Below, piece after piece: positions 27,949 through 37,693 of a DNA stretch of 64,000 bases. Position numbers and translations under genes: made by a program. A model generated the notes under the pieces. It made no database searches, was not told where the DNA came from, and saw only the letters and a list, made by a program, of their open reading frames with translations. Numbering within the stretch: position 1 is the first letter of the stretch; every line of letters starts with the position of its first letter. Source of the stretch: Candidatus Latescibacterota bacterium (GTDB lineage: Bacteria > Latescibacterota > UBA2968 > UBA8231); NCBI GenBank assembly GCA_965203175.1, contig OZ241867.1, forward strand, positions 5,248,001 to 5,312,000, written 5' to 3'.

Positions 27949-29238
27949 ATGACCTCCGCACCCACCCCATCCGAACGCCTGCGTCCCGAGCTTGGGCTAA
28001 TCGGCACCATCGCCCTCGGCTTGGGTTCGATCGTCGGCACTGGCGTCTTTGTCAGCATTGGCATCGGCGCTGGCATCGCTGGACCGGCGGTCCTGGTCGC
28101 CATCGCCATTGGGGCACTGGTCGCCCTCTGCAACGGCCTGTCTAGCGCCCAACTAGCCGCCAACCATCCGCTCAGCGGCGGCACGTACCAATACGGCTAT
28201 GAATACGCCTCGCCAGCCATCGGCTTTACCGCCGGGTGGATGTTCATCTGCGCCAAGAGCGCGACCGCAGCCACCGCGGCGATGGGACTGGCCGGCTACC
28301 TGCTCAACGCACTGGATCAGACCGCATCTATCACCCCAGTCGCCTTGGCTGCCGTGCTAGTACTCACCCTCATCTCCCTCCTAGGCATCAACCGCACCAA
28401 CAAGGTCAACATCGCCATCGTCGCCGCGACGCTTTGCTCGCTGATCGCCTTTATCGTCGCTGGTGCTCCCAGCGCCCTGAGCAACCTGCACCTGACCCCT
28501 TTCTTGGGAGAACAAGGCTGGTCGGCCCTATTGCATGCCAGCGCCCTGATGTTCGTCGCCTATACGGGCTACGGTCGCATCGCCACACTTGGCGAAGAAG
28601 TGCGCCAACCCCGCAAGACGATTCCCCGCGCCATCGTCGCCGTGCTGCTGATCTCCATGATGCTCTACATCGGCGTTGGTGCCGTCGCCATAGCCGCCGT
28701 AGGATCAGAGGCGTTTTACGCGGCCACCATGGAGAAAGCCGCTCCCCTAAAGGTCATCGCCCACACTTTTGATGCGCCCGGCATCTCTTGGCTCCTAGCC
28801 TTGGGAGCGATCACCGCTATGGCCGGGGTACTGCTCAACCTAATCCTCGGTCTGTCGCGAGTCCTGCTGGCTATGGGCCGCCGTGGGGATATGCCCCAAG
28901 CACTTGCCCGTCTCAATCGGGATCAGACTACGCCTTCTATTGCCGTGGTGGTCGTCGGACTAGCCATAGCCGGACTAGTCCTCGCAGGTAACATCAAGAC
29001 CACTTGGTCCTTTAGCGCCTTCACTATTCTGGTCTATTACGCCATCACCAACTTCTGCGCCCTGCGCTTGCCAGCCGACCAGCGGCTTTACCCCCGATGG
29101 ATAGCCATAGTGGGCCTAGTCGCCTGTCTGGGATTGGCGTTTTTCGTCGAGCGCACGATCTGGCTCAGCGGCTTGGGGCTGCTCTTGCTCGGCTGGTGTT
29201 GGCACCGCGTGGCGCAGCAGCACAGGGAGAAAGACTAG
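27949..29238 (+). CDS. APC family amino acid permease
   Basis: GSIVGTGVF, SGGTY, FVAYTGYGRIATLGEEV..P..TIPRA; about 12 hydrophobic segments. Confidence 0.92.
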   Translation: MTSAPTPSERLRPELGLIGTIALGLGSIVGTGVFVSIGIGAGIAGPAVLVAIAIGALVALCNGLSSAQLAANHPLSGGTYQYGYEYASPAIGFTAGWMFICAKSATAATAAMGLAGYLLNALDQTASITPVALAAVLVLTLISLLGINRTNKVNIAIVAATLCSLIAFIVAGAPSALSNLHLTPFLGEQGWSALLHASALMFVAYTGYGRIATLGEEVRQPRKTIPRAIVAVLLISMMLYIGVGAVAIAAVGSEAFYAATMEKAAPLKVIAHTFDAPGISWLLALGAITAMAGVLLNLILGLSRVLLAMGRRGDMPQALARLNRDQTTPSIAVVVVGLAIAGLVLAGNIKTTWSFSAFTILVYYAITNFCALRLPADQRLYPRWIAIVGLVACLGLAFFVERTIWLSGLGLLLLGWCWHRVAQQHREKD

Positions 29239-29307
29239 GTAGCCAATCAACGCATGGAACTAACGGACGCACTTGATCGTCTATATTATTTACAGGTATT
29301 GCAACCT

Positions 29308-29347
29308 TGTCATGCTGAGCGCGGCGCAGCGGAGTAGAAGCATCTCG
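29308..29347. repeat. Single copy of a REP-like element (GTCATGCTGAGC...GAAGCATCT type)
   Basis: TGTCATGCTGAGCGCGGCGCAGCGGAGTAGAAGCATCTCG resembles a widespread extragenic palindrome type; only one copy seen in this window. Confidence 0.4.
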
Positions 29348-29395
29348 CTGGACGATGCGTAACGCCAGCTAATCAGTGCTCTAGGAGAAGCTCCT

Positions 29396-29995
29396 ATGTC
29401 TATCTCCCGTTTGATCTGGATCAGCCTACTGACGAGCGGCATCGCCGCCGCCGACCAAGGCCCCTTGGCCGACCGAGGCGACTGGGCGTTGGGCGTGGCC
29501 CTGCCCTCCAACAGCGGAAGCAGCTTCAGCCTGTGGAAGATCCGCTCTCCCACCACCGCCGTGGGCTTGGAAGTAGGTGTTTCGTGGAACTACGCCGATT
29601 CCACCGCCAACGCCGATACCCCCTACCCGACCGCCCTCCAAGATCATTACCTATCGCTACAACTAGATCCTACTATCAAGCACTACCGTCCGCTGCACGA
29701 CCGAATCGCCCCTTTTACGTACGGTCAAGTGACAGCTGGTTTTCGGGGCTATAAACGAGATATCGATGTGTATAGGCAGCGCGGCAGCAGCTCAGGCAAT
29801 ATAGGGCTAGCACTGGGATTAGGGGTTGAATGGTTCCCATTCCAACGCATCAGCTTAGGCGGCCAGACCGGACTGAGCCTAGGCTACCGCTACGGGCAGT
29901 ACGATACTAGGGGCGATAATAACAGATCTAGTACCAATTGGTCCCTATACCTAAGAACCTTCCAATCGGAGGTGAAGGCACTGATGTATTTTTGA
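29396..29995 (+). CDS. Small outer-membrane beta-barrel protein (paralog A)
   Basis: Signal peptide, amphipathic strands, GLGVEWFPFQRISLG, C-terminal ...ALMYF. Confidence 0.75.
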   Translation: MSISRLIWISLLTSGIAAADQGPLADRGDWALGVALPSNSGSSFSLWKIRSPTTAVGLEVGVSWNYADSTANADTPYPTALQDHYLSLQLDPTIKHYRPLHDRIAPFTYGQVTAGFRGYKRDIDVYRQRGSSSGNIGLALGLGVEWFPFQRISLGGQTGLSLGYRYGQYDTRGDNNRSSTNWSLYLRTFQSEVKALMYF

Positions 29996-30043
29996 TGAAA
30001 GACCATGCCGCCCCTTATCACTCTCCACTATTTGAGCGATGCG

Positions 30044-30910
30044 ATGTCTTTTTTAATTCTTACTTTGCTGCTAGCCATCCAGATAACGGCGTGCGACTAT
30101 TGGAGCCCGACACAGTCCTTTGAATCATCCAATGTTCCCAGGTGGCCGGAACGTGTTTTTCTTGGCGACGATACCCGCTTCAGTGAGAGTCGTCATTTCA
30201 CTCTACCTATCAGGAATTGGCCAGCAGGTGACGTAGATGCCATTTATTTTTTAGCGATTAACGAGGCCACCAGTTATGGTCAAGACTCTCCCGATCACAG
30301 GATCTACGTTTTTGTGCGGCCATCCGAGGTCGAGCCAGCGATGCTGTGCCGCGACGACGGACAAACCATTGATGGGTTTCAGCCGAACCCCGCCTTCACA
30401 GAAGTCTGTATTGTCGATGGCCAAATAACCTTGCGCAAAAAGCAAGACTATTCTTTTAAGGATAATCCCGTCTCTCTAAGGATCATTCCCATAATAGAAG
30501 AACCCTACCGACGCTCGGAATACCTCGTGACGACCGGAATGCGTCTCACGAGCGATACTTCTTTGTGGCTCGACGAAGATGGTTTTATTCGAGGTCCCGT
30601 AGCAAGTTGGCCGGCGAGTGCCGTAGATAAAATCTATCTTGTACCGCTTAACGAGGCCACAAATTATGGTCATGGATATAGCCCTGATCAACGAATATAC
30701 ATTTTCGTGCGACCGTCTGAGCCAGCGGTGCTGTGCCGCGACGATGGACAAGCCATTGATGGGTTTCAGCCGAACCCCGCCTTCGCAGAAGTCTGTATTG
30801 TCGATGGCCGAATAACCTTACGTAAAAAACAAGACTACTCCTTCAAGGATAATCCCGCCTTTTTATGGGTGGATCCAGTACCGAATACCCCAAGACTAAC
30901 CGACGACTAG
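30044..30910 (+). CDS. Hypothetical lipoprotein with an internal tandem domain duplication
   Basis: MSFLILTLLLAIQITAC lipobox; two copies of WPA..VD.IY...NEAT.YG...SPD.RIY.FVRPSE..PA.LCRDDGQ.IDGFQPNPAF.EVCIVDG.ITLRKKQDYSFKDNP. Confidence 0.75.
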   Translation: MSFLILTLLLAIQITACDYWSPTQSFESSNVPRWPERVFLGDDTRFSESRHFTLPIRNWPAGDVDAIYFLAINEATSYGQDSPDHRIYVFVRPSEVEPAMLCRDDGQTIDGFQPNPAFTEVCIVDGQITLRKKQDYSFKDNPVSLRIIPIIEEPYRRSEYLVTTGMRLTSDTSLWLDEDGFIRGPVASWPASAVDKIYLVPLNEATNYGHGYSPDQRIYIFVRPSEPAVLCRDDGQAIDGFQPNPAFAEVCIVDGRITLRKKQDYSFKDNPAFLWVDPVPNTPRLTDD

Positions 30911-30962
30911 GCGGGAATGTTCTACGCTCTAGATGAGACCTAATTTTTTTGAGAAGAAAGCC

Positions 30963-31550
30963 ATGCTTATTTTCCCTCTGATCGGTATCGTCCTGTTGAT
31001 AAGCACCGCCGCCGCGGACCAAGACCCCTTGGCCGACCGAGGCAACTGGGCGTTGGGTGTAGCCCTGCCTTCTAGCAACGGACTCAACCTCAGCCTGTGG
31101 AAAGTACGCTCTCCCGTCACTGCCCTCGGCTTAGAAATAGATGTTTCGTCGTACTACAGCGAGTACACTTCCGACTACCGCGACAACCCCGACCGACGAT
31201 CCCAGTATCGTTCTCTAAGGCTGCAACTACGTCCCACCATCAAGCACTACCGTCCCATGCACGACCAAGTCGCCCCTTTTGTTTTTTATCAAGCCCACGC
31301 GGATCTTTCCGCTTTTTGGAGTCGCCTACTAGGTATAAATCCGGAGAGACAACGCACCAGAACCAAGTACGATCTGGGGCTGGCACTGGGGCTGGGTGCC
31401 GACTGGTTTCCGTTTCAACGCATCAGCTTGAGCGCCCAGATCGGACTGGACCTGAGCTACCTCTACGACAAACGCCCCTCTGACCGTCGCATGTGGGAGT
31501 GGTCCCTCAAGACCTTTCAAACGGAGGTGGCGGCGCTAGTGTACTTTTGA
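30963..31550 (+). CDS. Small outer-membrane beta-barrel protein (paralog B)
   Basis: Shares AAADQ.PLADRG.WALGVALPS, PTIKHYRP.HD..APF, WFPFQRISL and KTFQ.EV.AL.YF with 29396..29995. Confidence 0.75.
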   Translation: MLIFPLIGIVLLISTAAADQDPLADRGNWALGVALPSSNGLNLSLWKVRSPVTALGLEIDVSSYYSEYTSDYRDNPDRRSQYRSLRLQLRPTIKHYRPMHDQVAPFVFYQAHADLSAFWSRLLGINPERQRTRTKYDLGLALGLGADWFPFQRISLSAQIGLDLSYLYDKRPSDRRMWEWSLKTFQTEVAALVYF

Positions 31551-33095
31551 CGCCGCTACCCGATCCTTCACCAGTAGCGTCGGCTGCTGCCAGTGAGCAT
31601 CGTCGCGCGTGGGATGATCGCAGTTGTAGTGGACGCCGCGGCTTTCCAAGCGCTGCCGCGCCGAGCGGGCAATGAGCTGGGCTACAGTCGCCAAGCTGCG
31701 TAGCTGGACTAGCTCAGCGTCGAGCCGGTGCTCGCTGTGCAAAGCTTCAATTTCTCGCGCCATCCGCTCCGTCTCTTCACAAGCCCGCTGCAAGCCGCAG
31801 TCGCTGCGCACGATCCCCACTTCGTCCCACATCAAGCGCCGCAGCAACTCCCGCCGCTCCTCCAGCGCATCAGGTGCAACAGCATCGCCCGCATGCGTCA
31901 TCTCGAACCGGCCCTCAGTCACGGGCGCAACTGTCCTGGCATGCTCGACAGCGCGCCGCGCAAAAACCAACCCCTCCAACAGCGAATTACTCGCCAGCCG
32001 ATTGGCTCCCTGAAACCCACTCATCGCCACCTCGCCAGCCGCGTATAGGCCCTCAATATCCGTCTGACCGTGCACGCCAGTCCACACCCCACCGCAGCTA
32101 TAGTGAGCCGCCGGCACCACCGGGATCGGCATCTCAGTCATGTCCACGCCCATTCCCAAACAATGCCGATAGATATTGGGGAATCGGCGGCGGGTCTGGT
32201 CGGCATCTTGGCCGGTGACGTCCAAATAGACACACTCGGCACCGCTTTCCTGCATCTGCGCGACAATGGCCCGCGACACCACATCGCGCGTCTGCAATGG
32301 GTCGGTAAACGCCTCGCCGCGCCCGTCGATTAGCACGGCACCAAACCCACGCAAAGCCTCGGTAATCAGGAACGAGGGCCGCCCCGGATCGTAGAGCATG
32401 GTCGGGTGGAACTGCATAAACTCCATGTTGCTCACCCTAGCTCCGGCCCGCCAAGCCATGGCAACCCCATCGCCGGAGGCCACGCGCGGATTGGTCGTAT
32501 GTAAAAAGACCTGCCCGCAACCACCCGTGGCCAGCAGCGTAACCGGCGCCACAGCGGCGATGGGATCGGCTCGCTGCGAGTCCAATACCCAAGCCCCGTG
32601 ACAGCGCCGTTGCTCGTCCACCATTAAGTCTATCGCCAAATGGTGATCGTACAAGGTCACCTGCGGCAGCGCTTGCACAGCCGCAACCAAGGCGCGCGTC
32701 ACCTCGCGGCCGGTCATATCGTCCGCATGCACCACCCGCGCATGGGCGTGTCCACCTTCGCGCCCCAATGCCAACACCCCGGGCCGCGCTTCGTTGAACT
32801 GCGCGCCAATCGCCAACAGCTCGTCCACCACCTCTGGCCCTTCAGCTACCACCCCTTCGACAACCGCGCGGTCGCACAGGCCCGCGCCCGCCGCAACCGT
32901 GTCCTGCGCGTGGCTCGCAACCGAGTCGGCTCCATCCATGGCCGCGGCAATCCCGCCCTGCGCGTATTGCGTGTTAGACTCGCGCCGCTCGCGCTTGGTC
33001 ACCACGGCCACGGACCCGTGCTGAGCGGCCTTGAGGGCAAAGAACAAACCGGCAATCCCGCTGCCGAGAACTAAATAATCCGCCTCGATTTTCAT
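31536..33095 (-). CDS. nadB: L-aspartate oxidase
   Basis: GSGIAGL, SNTQYAQGGIAA, REGGH, QFHPT, LITEALRG, PAAHYSCGG, GANRLASNSLLE; ATG 33095 overlaps the stop of the upstream gene. Confidence 0.95.
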   Translation of the reverse strand: MKIEADYLVLGSGIAGLFFALKAAQHGSVAVVTKRERRESNTQYAQGGIAAAMDGADSVASHAQDTVAAGAGLCDRAVVEGVVAEGPEVVDELLAIGAQFNEARPGVLALGREGGHAHARVVHADDMTGREVTRALVAAVQALPQVTLYDHHLAIDLMVDEQRRCHGAWVLDSQRADPIAAVAPVTLLATGGCGQVFLHTTNPRVASGDGVAMAWRAGARVSNMEFMQFHPTMLYDPGRPSFLITEALRGFGAVLIDGRGEAFTDPLQTRDVVSRAIVAQMQESGAECVYLDVTGQDADQTRRRFPNIYRHCLGMGVDMTEMPIPVVPAAHYSCGGVWTGVHGQTDIEGLYAAGEVAMSGFQGANRLASNSLLEGLVFARRAVEHARTVAPVTEGRFEMTHAGDAVAPDALEERRELLRRLMWDEVGIVRSDCGLQRACEETERMAREIEALHSEHRLDAELVQLRSLATVAQLIARSARQRLESRGVHYNCDHPTRDDAHWQQPTLLVKDRVAASKVH

Positions 33096-35761
33096 TTGAT
33101 AAAGATCATTTTTTTGGCGTGGGCGATCGGCCCGATGCGCAACACGTAGTAATACATACCACTGGCCACGCGCTCGCCACGTTCGTCGCGGCCATCCCAA
33201 GAAGTGCTGTACAACCCTGGGGCTGCCAACCCCTCAACTAAGTGCCGCACTAAGCCGCCGGTCAAGGTGCGGACTTCCAACTCGACCATGGTCTGGCCGG
33301 CAACAATGGGGTCGTTGATCCCGATCTGATAGTCGATCTGCGTAGCCTTGTTAAACGGATTGGGATAATTCTGTCCCAGGGCAAAGTTCAGCGGTATGCG
33401 CGGGTCGAAGTTGAGGAAGGGCTGCCAGTTGACATCGCCGCTGATTCGGGCTGTAATCCAACTCTCGTCCTCATTCCCCCACCAATTGTTAATCGCCTGC
33501 AGTGATTGATCAGTTTGGTTGTCGATCAGTTGCTCACCCTCTTGAACGCCATTCAAGACCAGCCGCGCCGGTACCACGCTCCCCTCCACCCGCAGGGCCA
33601 ACGCATTGCGGAAGAATTGATTGCGCACAATGCGCGGGCGCGCGCTTCTAGACCAAAGACCAACTTCGTGATTGTACAGCGCGTTGTCCTCGATCTCGAC
33701 CTCCCGCGTCTCCACGCAGTAAATTCCAATCCCACCAGCAAACGAATTGCCCGCCACCTTGCCGCTGGCCCCCCGCCCCAAGACCAAGTTGGCTTCCTCG
33801 GGCGCGGACGAGCCGTTATTGTTGAAACGACTGTCGAGCAACGATAAATACCCACCTTCGCGCCAGAGGCCAGCGCGGCCATTGTCGTGCAGCTCGGCTT
33901 GGTTTATCCGCATCAAGCCCGAGCCGGCGATCCAAATGCCCACGCCACCCGATTCCTCGACCTGAACGCCATCAAAGATGATCTCCTCTTCGATGTTTTC
34001 TAAGCGAATGCCGTCCTCGCCAGCGTGGCGGATTGCCACATCTTCCAAGGTAATGGTGTGGTCGAGCTTTTTGGCCAATAGCCCATAGCGGGCATGGTCG
34101 ATATGGACGCTGCGCAAATATACCGAGGAGGTTGAGTGCAGTACGATGCCCTGCCAATCTCCGGGCTGCGGGTCGGCTGCCGCCGAGCGAAAGGCGGTTT
34201 GCCCATGCCCCGAAACACCGACGATGAGGTCGCCGTACACTATCAGCTCCACGCGCGCTGTATCCGCACCCGCAGCCAGCGCATCCGGCCCCACTAGCAC
34301 CTCCGCACCAGTGCGGACATCGAGATGCCCTCCAGGCAGAACGGTCACGTCGCCGACGATTTCAATGCGGTTCCTCCAAATTTCCATAGCGATAATCGGG
34401 CCGGCGCGACGGTGGTCTTGCAGCTTGAGGTCGGCCATCATCCGGTCACCCTCGCGGCGGATGCGGGTCACACTAACCCCAGTAGTGGACGCCGGATTGG
34501 ACGCAGCCCAGAAGTCGGTAAATTGCTCGCCGTCAAACACGTCGGTGGCGTCTCCGAGGTTGCCGCCAAAATCCGTGCGATAGCGGTCGTCGTGCGCCCA
34601 AAAGTCGAGGTTGTCGCGGCCGCTAAATGGGGCGGGCTTACGGCCTAAGGGGAAACCCGCATCCCTAAAAAGCCCATCGGCGCATACTAAGTCCACCTGT
34701 TTAATGGCTTCCATATTATTGCCGTTGCGATTGGGATTTATGCGCCAGATCAGCAAGCCTTCACCGGGCAGATTGCGCTCGTAGTAGCTGTGCTGGCGGC
34801 TGCGGAACTCCACGAGGAAAAAGTGTTCGGCAGGCGCGTGTGCGGGCAGCAAATATACATCGCCGCCGGCGTTGACATCGGCAAAGATTACGTCGTCTTG
34901 GTCCTCGCTCAGTGCTTTAAGCTGTTGGTTGTTTACCCCCAGCCAGCCGAGCTGCCCCAAGCTCCAAGCGCAAAAGGGGTTGGGGCCACTTATCTCGTCC
35001 CAGCCTCGGATGCCGTGCCCCATCAAGCCCCAATAGCCAATGCCGCCCGAGTCTTGGTCCGGCTCGGATCCGCGGTCGAGATCGTATAAGTCGGGCAGGC
35101 CCAGAAAGTGCCCAAACTCGTGGGCCATGATGCCCACGGCATCGGCGAAATTCTTGCCGCGCTGCACGGAGCCGCTTTTCGACTGGACCTGGATGAAGCC
35201 GCCGTGCAAAGCGCGGTCTTGGCTCACGAAGTCATAGCCCAACCCTAGCCGGGCAACACCTGTGGCATCTCCGACGATAAAGCCCGGCGGAGCCGAGGCC
35301 GAGACGATAAAAATATAATCCACGTATCCATCGTCATCGCCGGAGTTGGGCACTCCGTCGGGGCCGTCGTTGTCGTAGCGGCTAAAATCCACGTCGGCAT
35401 CAGCAGCCTCTATGATCTCGCGGGCAAAGCGGCCATAACCAGCCTCCATGTCCACGTACGAGTCGGCATTGCTGCGGGACGCATACCGGCGGGGCAGCAC
35501 CTCGCCGGTGAGTTCGAACTGACCGCGCGACATCTCGCGGTAGAAATGGGTCAGGCTACCCGGCTGCTCGGTGAAAATCTCCGCCGCAAAAGACGGGGGA
35601 TCGCGGCCCAAGCCGCCCTCATCGGCAAAGCGCGCAAAGATGGTCAGGGCGTGGATGTGCCCGGTTTGGGGGGCGATGTCTTGCAGGGGGGTCGCGCCGG
35701 CCTCGGCGGCGATGACCCAAGCGACGACGAGGGCGTTTTTGGCAGCGGATTTAATCATCAA
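33092..35761 (-). CDS. M6 family (immune inhibitor A-like) metalloprotease with beta-helix and FlgD-Ig/T9SS-CTD-like domain
   Basis: HEFGHFLGLPDLY, WGLMG, NDGPDGVPNSGDDDGYVD; pectin-lyase-like repeats; LGQNYPNPFN...WDGRDERGERVASGMYYY. Confidence 0.88.
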   Translation of the reverse strand: MMIKSAAKNALVVAWVIAAEAGATPLQDIAPQTGHIHALTIFARFADEGGLGRDPPSFAAEIFTEQPGSLTHFYREMSRGQFELTGEVLPRRYASRSNADSYVDMEAGYGRFAREIIEAADADVDFSRYDNDGPDGVPNSGDDDGYVDYIFIVSASAPPGFIVGDATGVARLGLGYDFVSQDRALHGGFIQVQSKSGSVQRGKNFADAVGIMAHEFGHFLGLPDLYDLDRGSEPDQDSGGIGYWGLMGHGIRGWDEISGPNPFCAWSLGQLGWLGVNNQQLKALSEDQDDVIFADVNAGGDVYLLPAHAPAEHFFLVEFRSRQHSYYERNLPGEGLLIWRINPNRNGNNMEAIKQVDLVCADGLFRDAGFPLGRKPAPFSGRDNLDFWAHDDRYRTDFGGNLGDATDVFDGEQFTDFWAASNPASTTGVSVTRIRREGDRMMADLKLQDHRRAGPIIAMEIWRNRIEIVGDVTVLPGGHLDVRTGAEVLVGPDALAAGADTARVELIVYGDLIVGVSGHGQTAFRSAAADPQPGDWQGIVLHSTSSVYLRSVHIDHARYGLLAKKLDHTITLEDVAIRHAGEDGIRLENIEEEIIFDGVQVEESGGVGIWIAGSGLMRINQAELHDNGRAGLWREGGYLSLLDSRFNNNGSSAPEEANLVLGRGASGKVAGNSFAGGIGIYCVETREVEIEDNALYNHEVGLWSRSARPRIVRNQFFRNALALRVEGSVVPARLVLNGVQEGEQLIDNQTDQSLQAINNWWGNEDESWITARISGDVNWQPFLNFDPRIPLNFALGQNYPNPFNKATQIDYQIGINDPIVAGQTMVELEVRTLTGGLVRHLVEGLAAPGLYSTSWDGRDERGERVASGMYYYVLRIGPIAHAKKMIFIK

Positions 35762-35953
35762 ATTCAGGAGGGAAGCCGGATCAAGTGGCCCGTTTCAACT
35801 TGGACTTGGCGCACTTGATGCCCTCTGTGGAAAGATCGTCTAAGAGAAGCGGTACGGGTGGCAGACCGTTCATGGCCGCAGAAGTTATTCCAAACGTTTG
35901 ATGGATTCGAACAGTGCTTTTATTGGGAGGCATATTTCAACTTATCTGCGCCG

Positions 35954-37507
35954 CTAATGCTTGTCAATATGACCTCGGGTCCAGTCAATCTGTACGCCCC
36001 CGTAGTGCCTCAGCCGCTGGTCGCGCTGGATGCGGTAGCGGCTGCTCAGCCGCCAGCCGCGATAGGCAGTCTCCACGAGCGCGTACCCGCGCCAGCCCGT
36101 GCCGTAGAGCGAACGAATGCTCACGGCCCCGGGCAGATCCGCTTCGTATTCGTAAATCCGCGTCCAATACGAGTCCGTGCGGAAACGGCTCACGTGCAAG
36201 GTGAGCCAGCGCGTCTTAACCCGCACGCTGCCCAACAGGCCCCACTCGGCGCGAGCAGCGCGGTGCCAGCGCACCAATTCACTGCGCCAGCGCCAAGCTC
36301 CCCGCTCAAAGTCCAAACGCCATTTGTGGCTGCGCTCTTGCACCAACCGCTCGTCCGCCCAGCGCGGCCGCAGCCGTCTTTGCCACTGCCCGCGCATAGC
36401 CCAGTGGCGGCCCCACCGCTGCCGTAACTCGCCCCCCCAAGTAGCATACGTGACCGGCACCGGTATGAAGTAGGAGCGCGCGGGCCGACGATACACATCC
36501 ACGTAGCCACGCCAGCCACGCCCACTGACCTCAGCGACGCCACCCCGTTCGTTTTGCATGGCCGAAGTCCCTGGAGCCGCGCCAAAGAAGCTGTGGAACC
36601 CCGGCGCGTAGTAGCGGCCCAGCGTCCTCAGCCGCAGACCCCCATGCCGCCCTCGCAGTTCCCCAACTATCCCCCAGTGCCCCATCCCATCGCCAGCCAT
36701 CTCCAACGCCGCTCGGCCCCGATCCCAATCCACGCGCACATCCACAGCCCCCATGCGCTGCTCGTCGCCGACAAAGCCCCAAGGCGTCCGCCCATTCCGG
36801 CGCAAGTCGATATAATGGGAAAAGTCCAAGGCCAGCAGGGTCGTGCCCCACTGCCAATGCTCACCCCGCCAGTGCAGCCGACCACCACCAGCCCGAATGC
36901 CCAGCAGGTCGCGGCCAGCCACCTCGGTCGCAGTCACGTGATAGCCGCTCTCGGGTAGCGACCGCACCTGCCCTTGCTCGTCCAAGCGCCCATCCCGGCG
37001 CGTCCAACCCCCGAGCAGCATTCCACTCCACACCCGCCCCTCATAGCGCCACGCCGCGCCGCGCAGGGCGTGGTTCTCTCCGCTAGAGCGATACCCCAAG
37101 CGCCGACTGTCGCCCGCCGGCATCCTCGGCGCAATACTCCCGCGCCGGTAGCGCCCAAACACCAAGCCCGCACCCGTACCGGCCCGCAGGTCGCCGACGA
37201 CCCATTCGGATCGCCGCCTCTGCACTGCGTAATAAAACGTCCTAAAATCGCTCCACCCGGACTCGCCTGGGTCGCGCTCGGCCAAGCCAAAAAACGCCTG
37301 TCCGCTGACCGGCGCGACCTCCACCCGCTGATACATCTGCCACCGTTCCCGAGCCGCTTCGGCCCCGCGCACCCGCCACCGCACAGCCGCCGCGTCTAGC
37401 CCTCCCAAATCGTCCAACCGCTGCTCCAAATAACCCGCGTCCTCCTCCCCCAAATCCCCCTCGGCCCACACCGGGCCGACCAATACCAACACCAACAGTC
37501 GCCACAT
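35954..37507 (-). CDS. Probable outer-membrane beta-barrel protein resembling the barrel part of FCB 'ComEA/HhH-domain' proteins
   Basis: Signal peptide; Trp/Arg-rich amphipathic strands; VGDLRAGTGAGLVFG, NERG, RIYEYEADLPGAVSIRSLYGTGWRGY. Family call is from memory of motifs. Confidence 0.55.
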   Translation of the reverse strand: MWRLLVLVLVGPVWAEGDLGEEDAGYLEQRLDDLGGLDAAAVRWRVRGAEAARERWQMYQRVEVAPVSGQAFFGLAERDPGESGWSDFRTFYYAVQRRRSEWVVGDLRAGTGAGLVFGRYRRGSIAPRMPAGDSRRLGYRSSGENHALRGAAWRYEGRVWSGMLLGGWTRRDGRLDEQGQVRSLPESGYHVTATEVAGRDLLGIRAGGGRLHWRGEHWQWGTTLLALDFSHYIDLRRNGRTPWGFVGDEQRMGAVDVRVDWDRGRAALEMAGDGMGHWGIVGELRGRHGGLRLRTLGRYYAPGFHSFFGAAPGTSAMQNERGGVAEVSGRGWRGYVDVYRRPARSYFIPVPVTYATWGGELRQRWGRHWAMRGQWQRRLRPRWADERLVQERSHKWRLDFERGAWRWRSELVRWHRAARAEWGLLGSVRVKTRWLTLHVSRFRTDSYWTRIYEYEADLPGAVSIRSLYGTGWRGYALVETAYRGWRLSSRYRIQRDQRLRHYGGVQIDWTRGHIDKH

Positions 37508-37693
37508 AGTCTTTCCTCCTTTTTCTCGACTATTGCAACGACTGTGCCATGAGGCTCGGTCAGTGGCAGAAACAGTGGCTAGTGTATCCTTTGATTCCCT
37601 ATTCTGTTTCCTTTAGGTTACAGTCCCAAGCGGGCAGTCGCCGAGGCGGATTGGGCGGTTTGCAGTAACCACCGTCCCCCAAAGAGACCATAC

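Noticed and set aside
35762-35953. About 50-codon minus-strand ORF (MPPNKSTV...) upstream of the M6 protease
   Set aside because: No convincing RBS, motif or codon bias; treated as intergenic.
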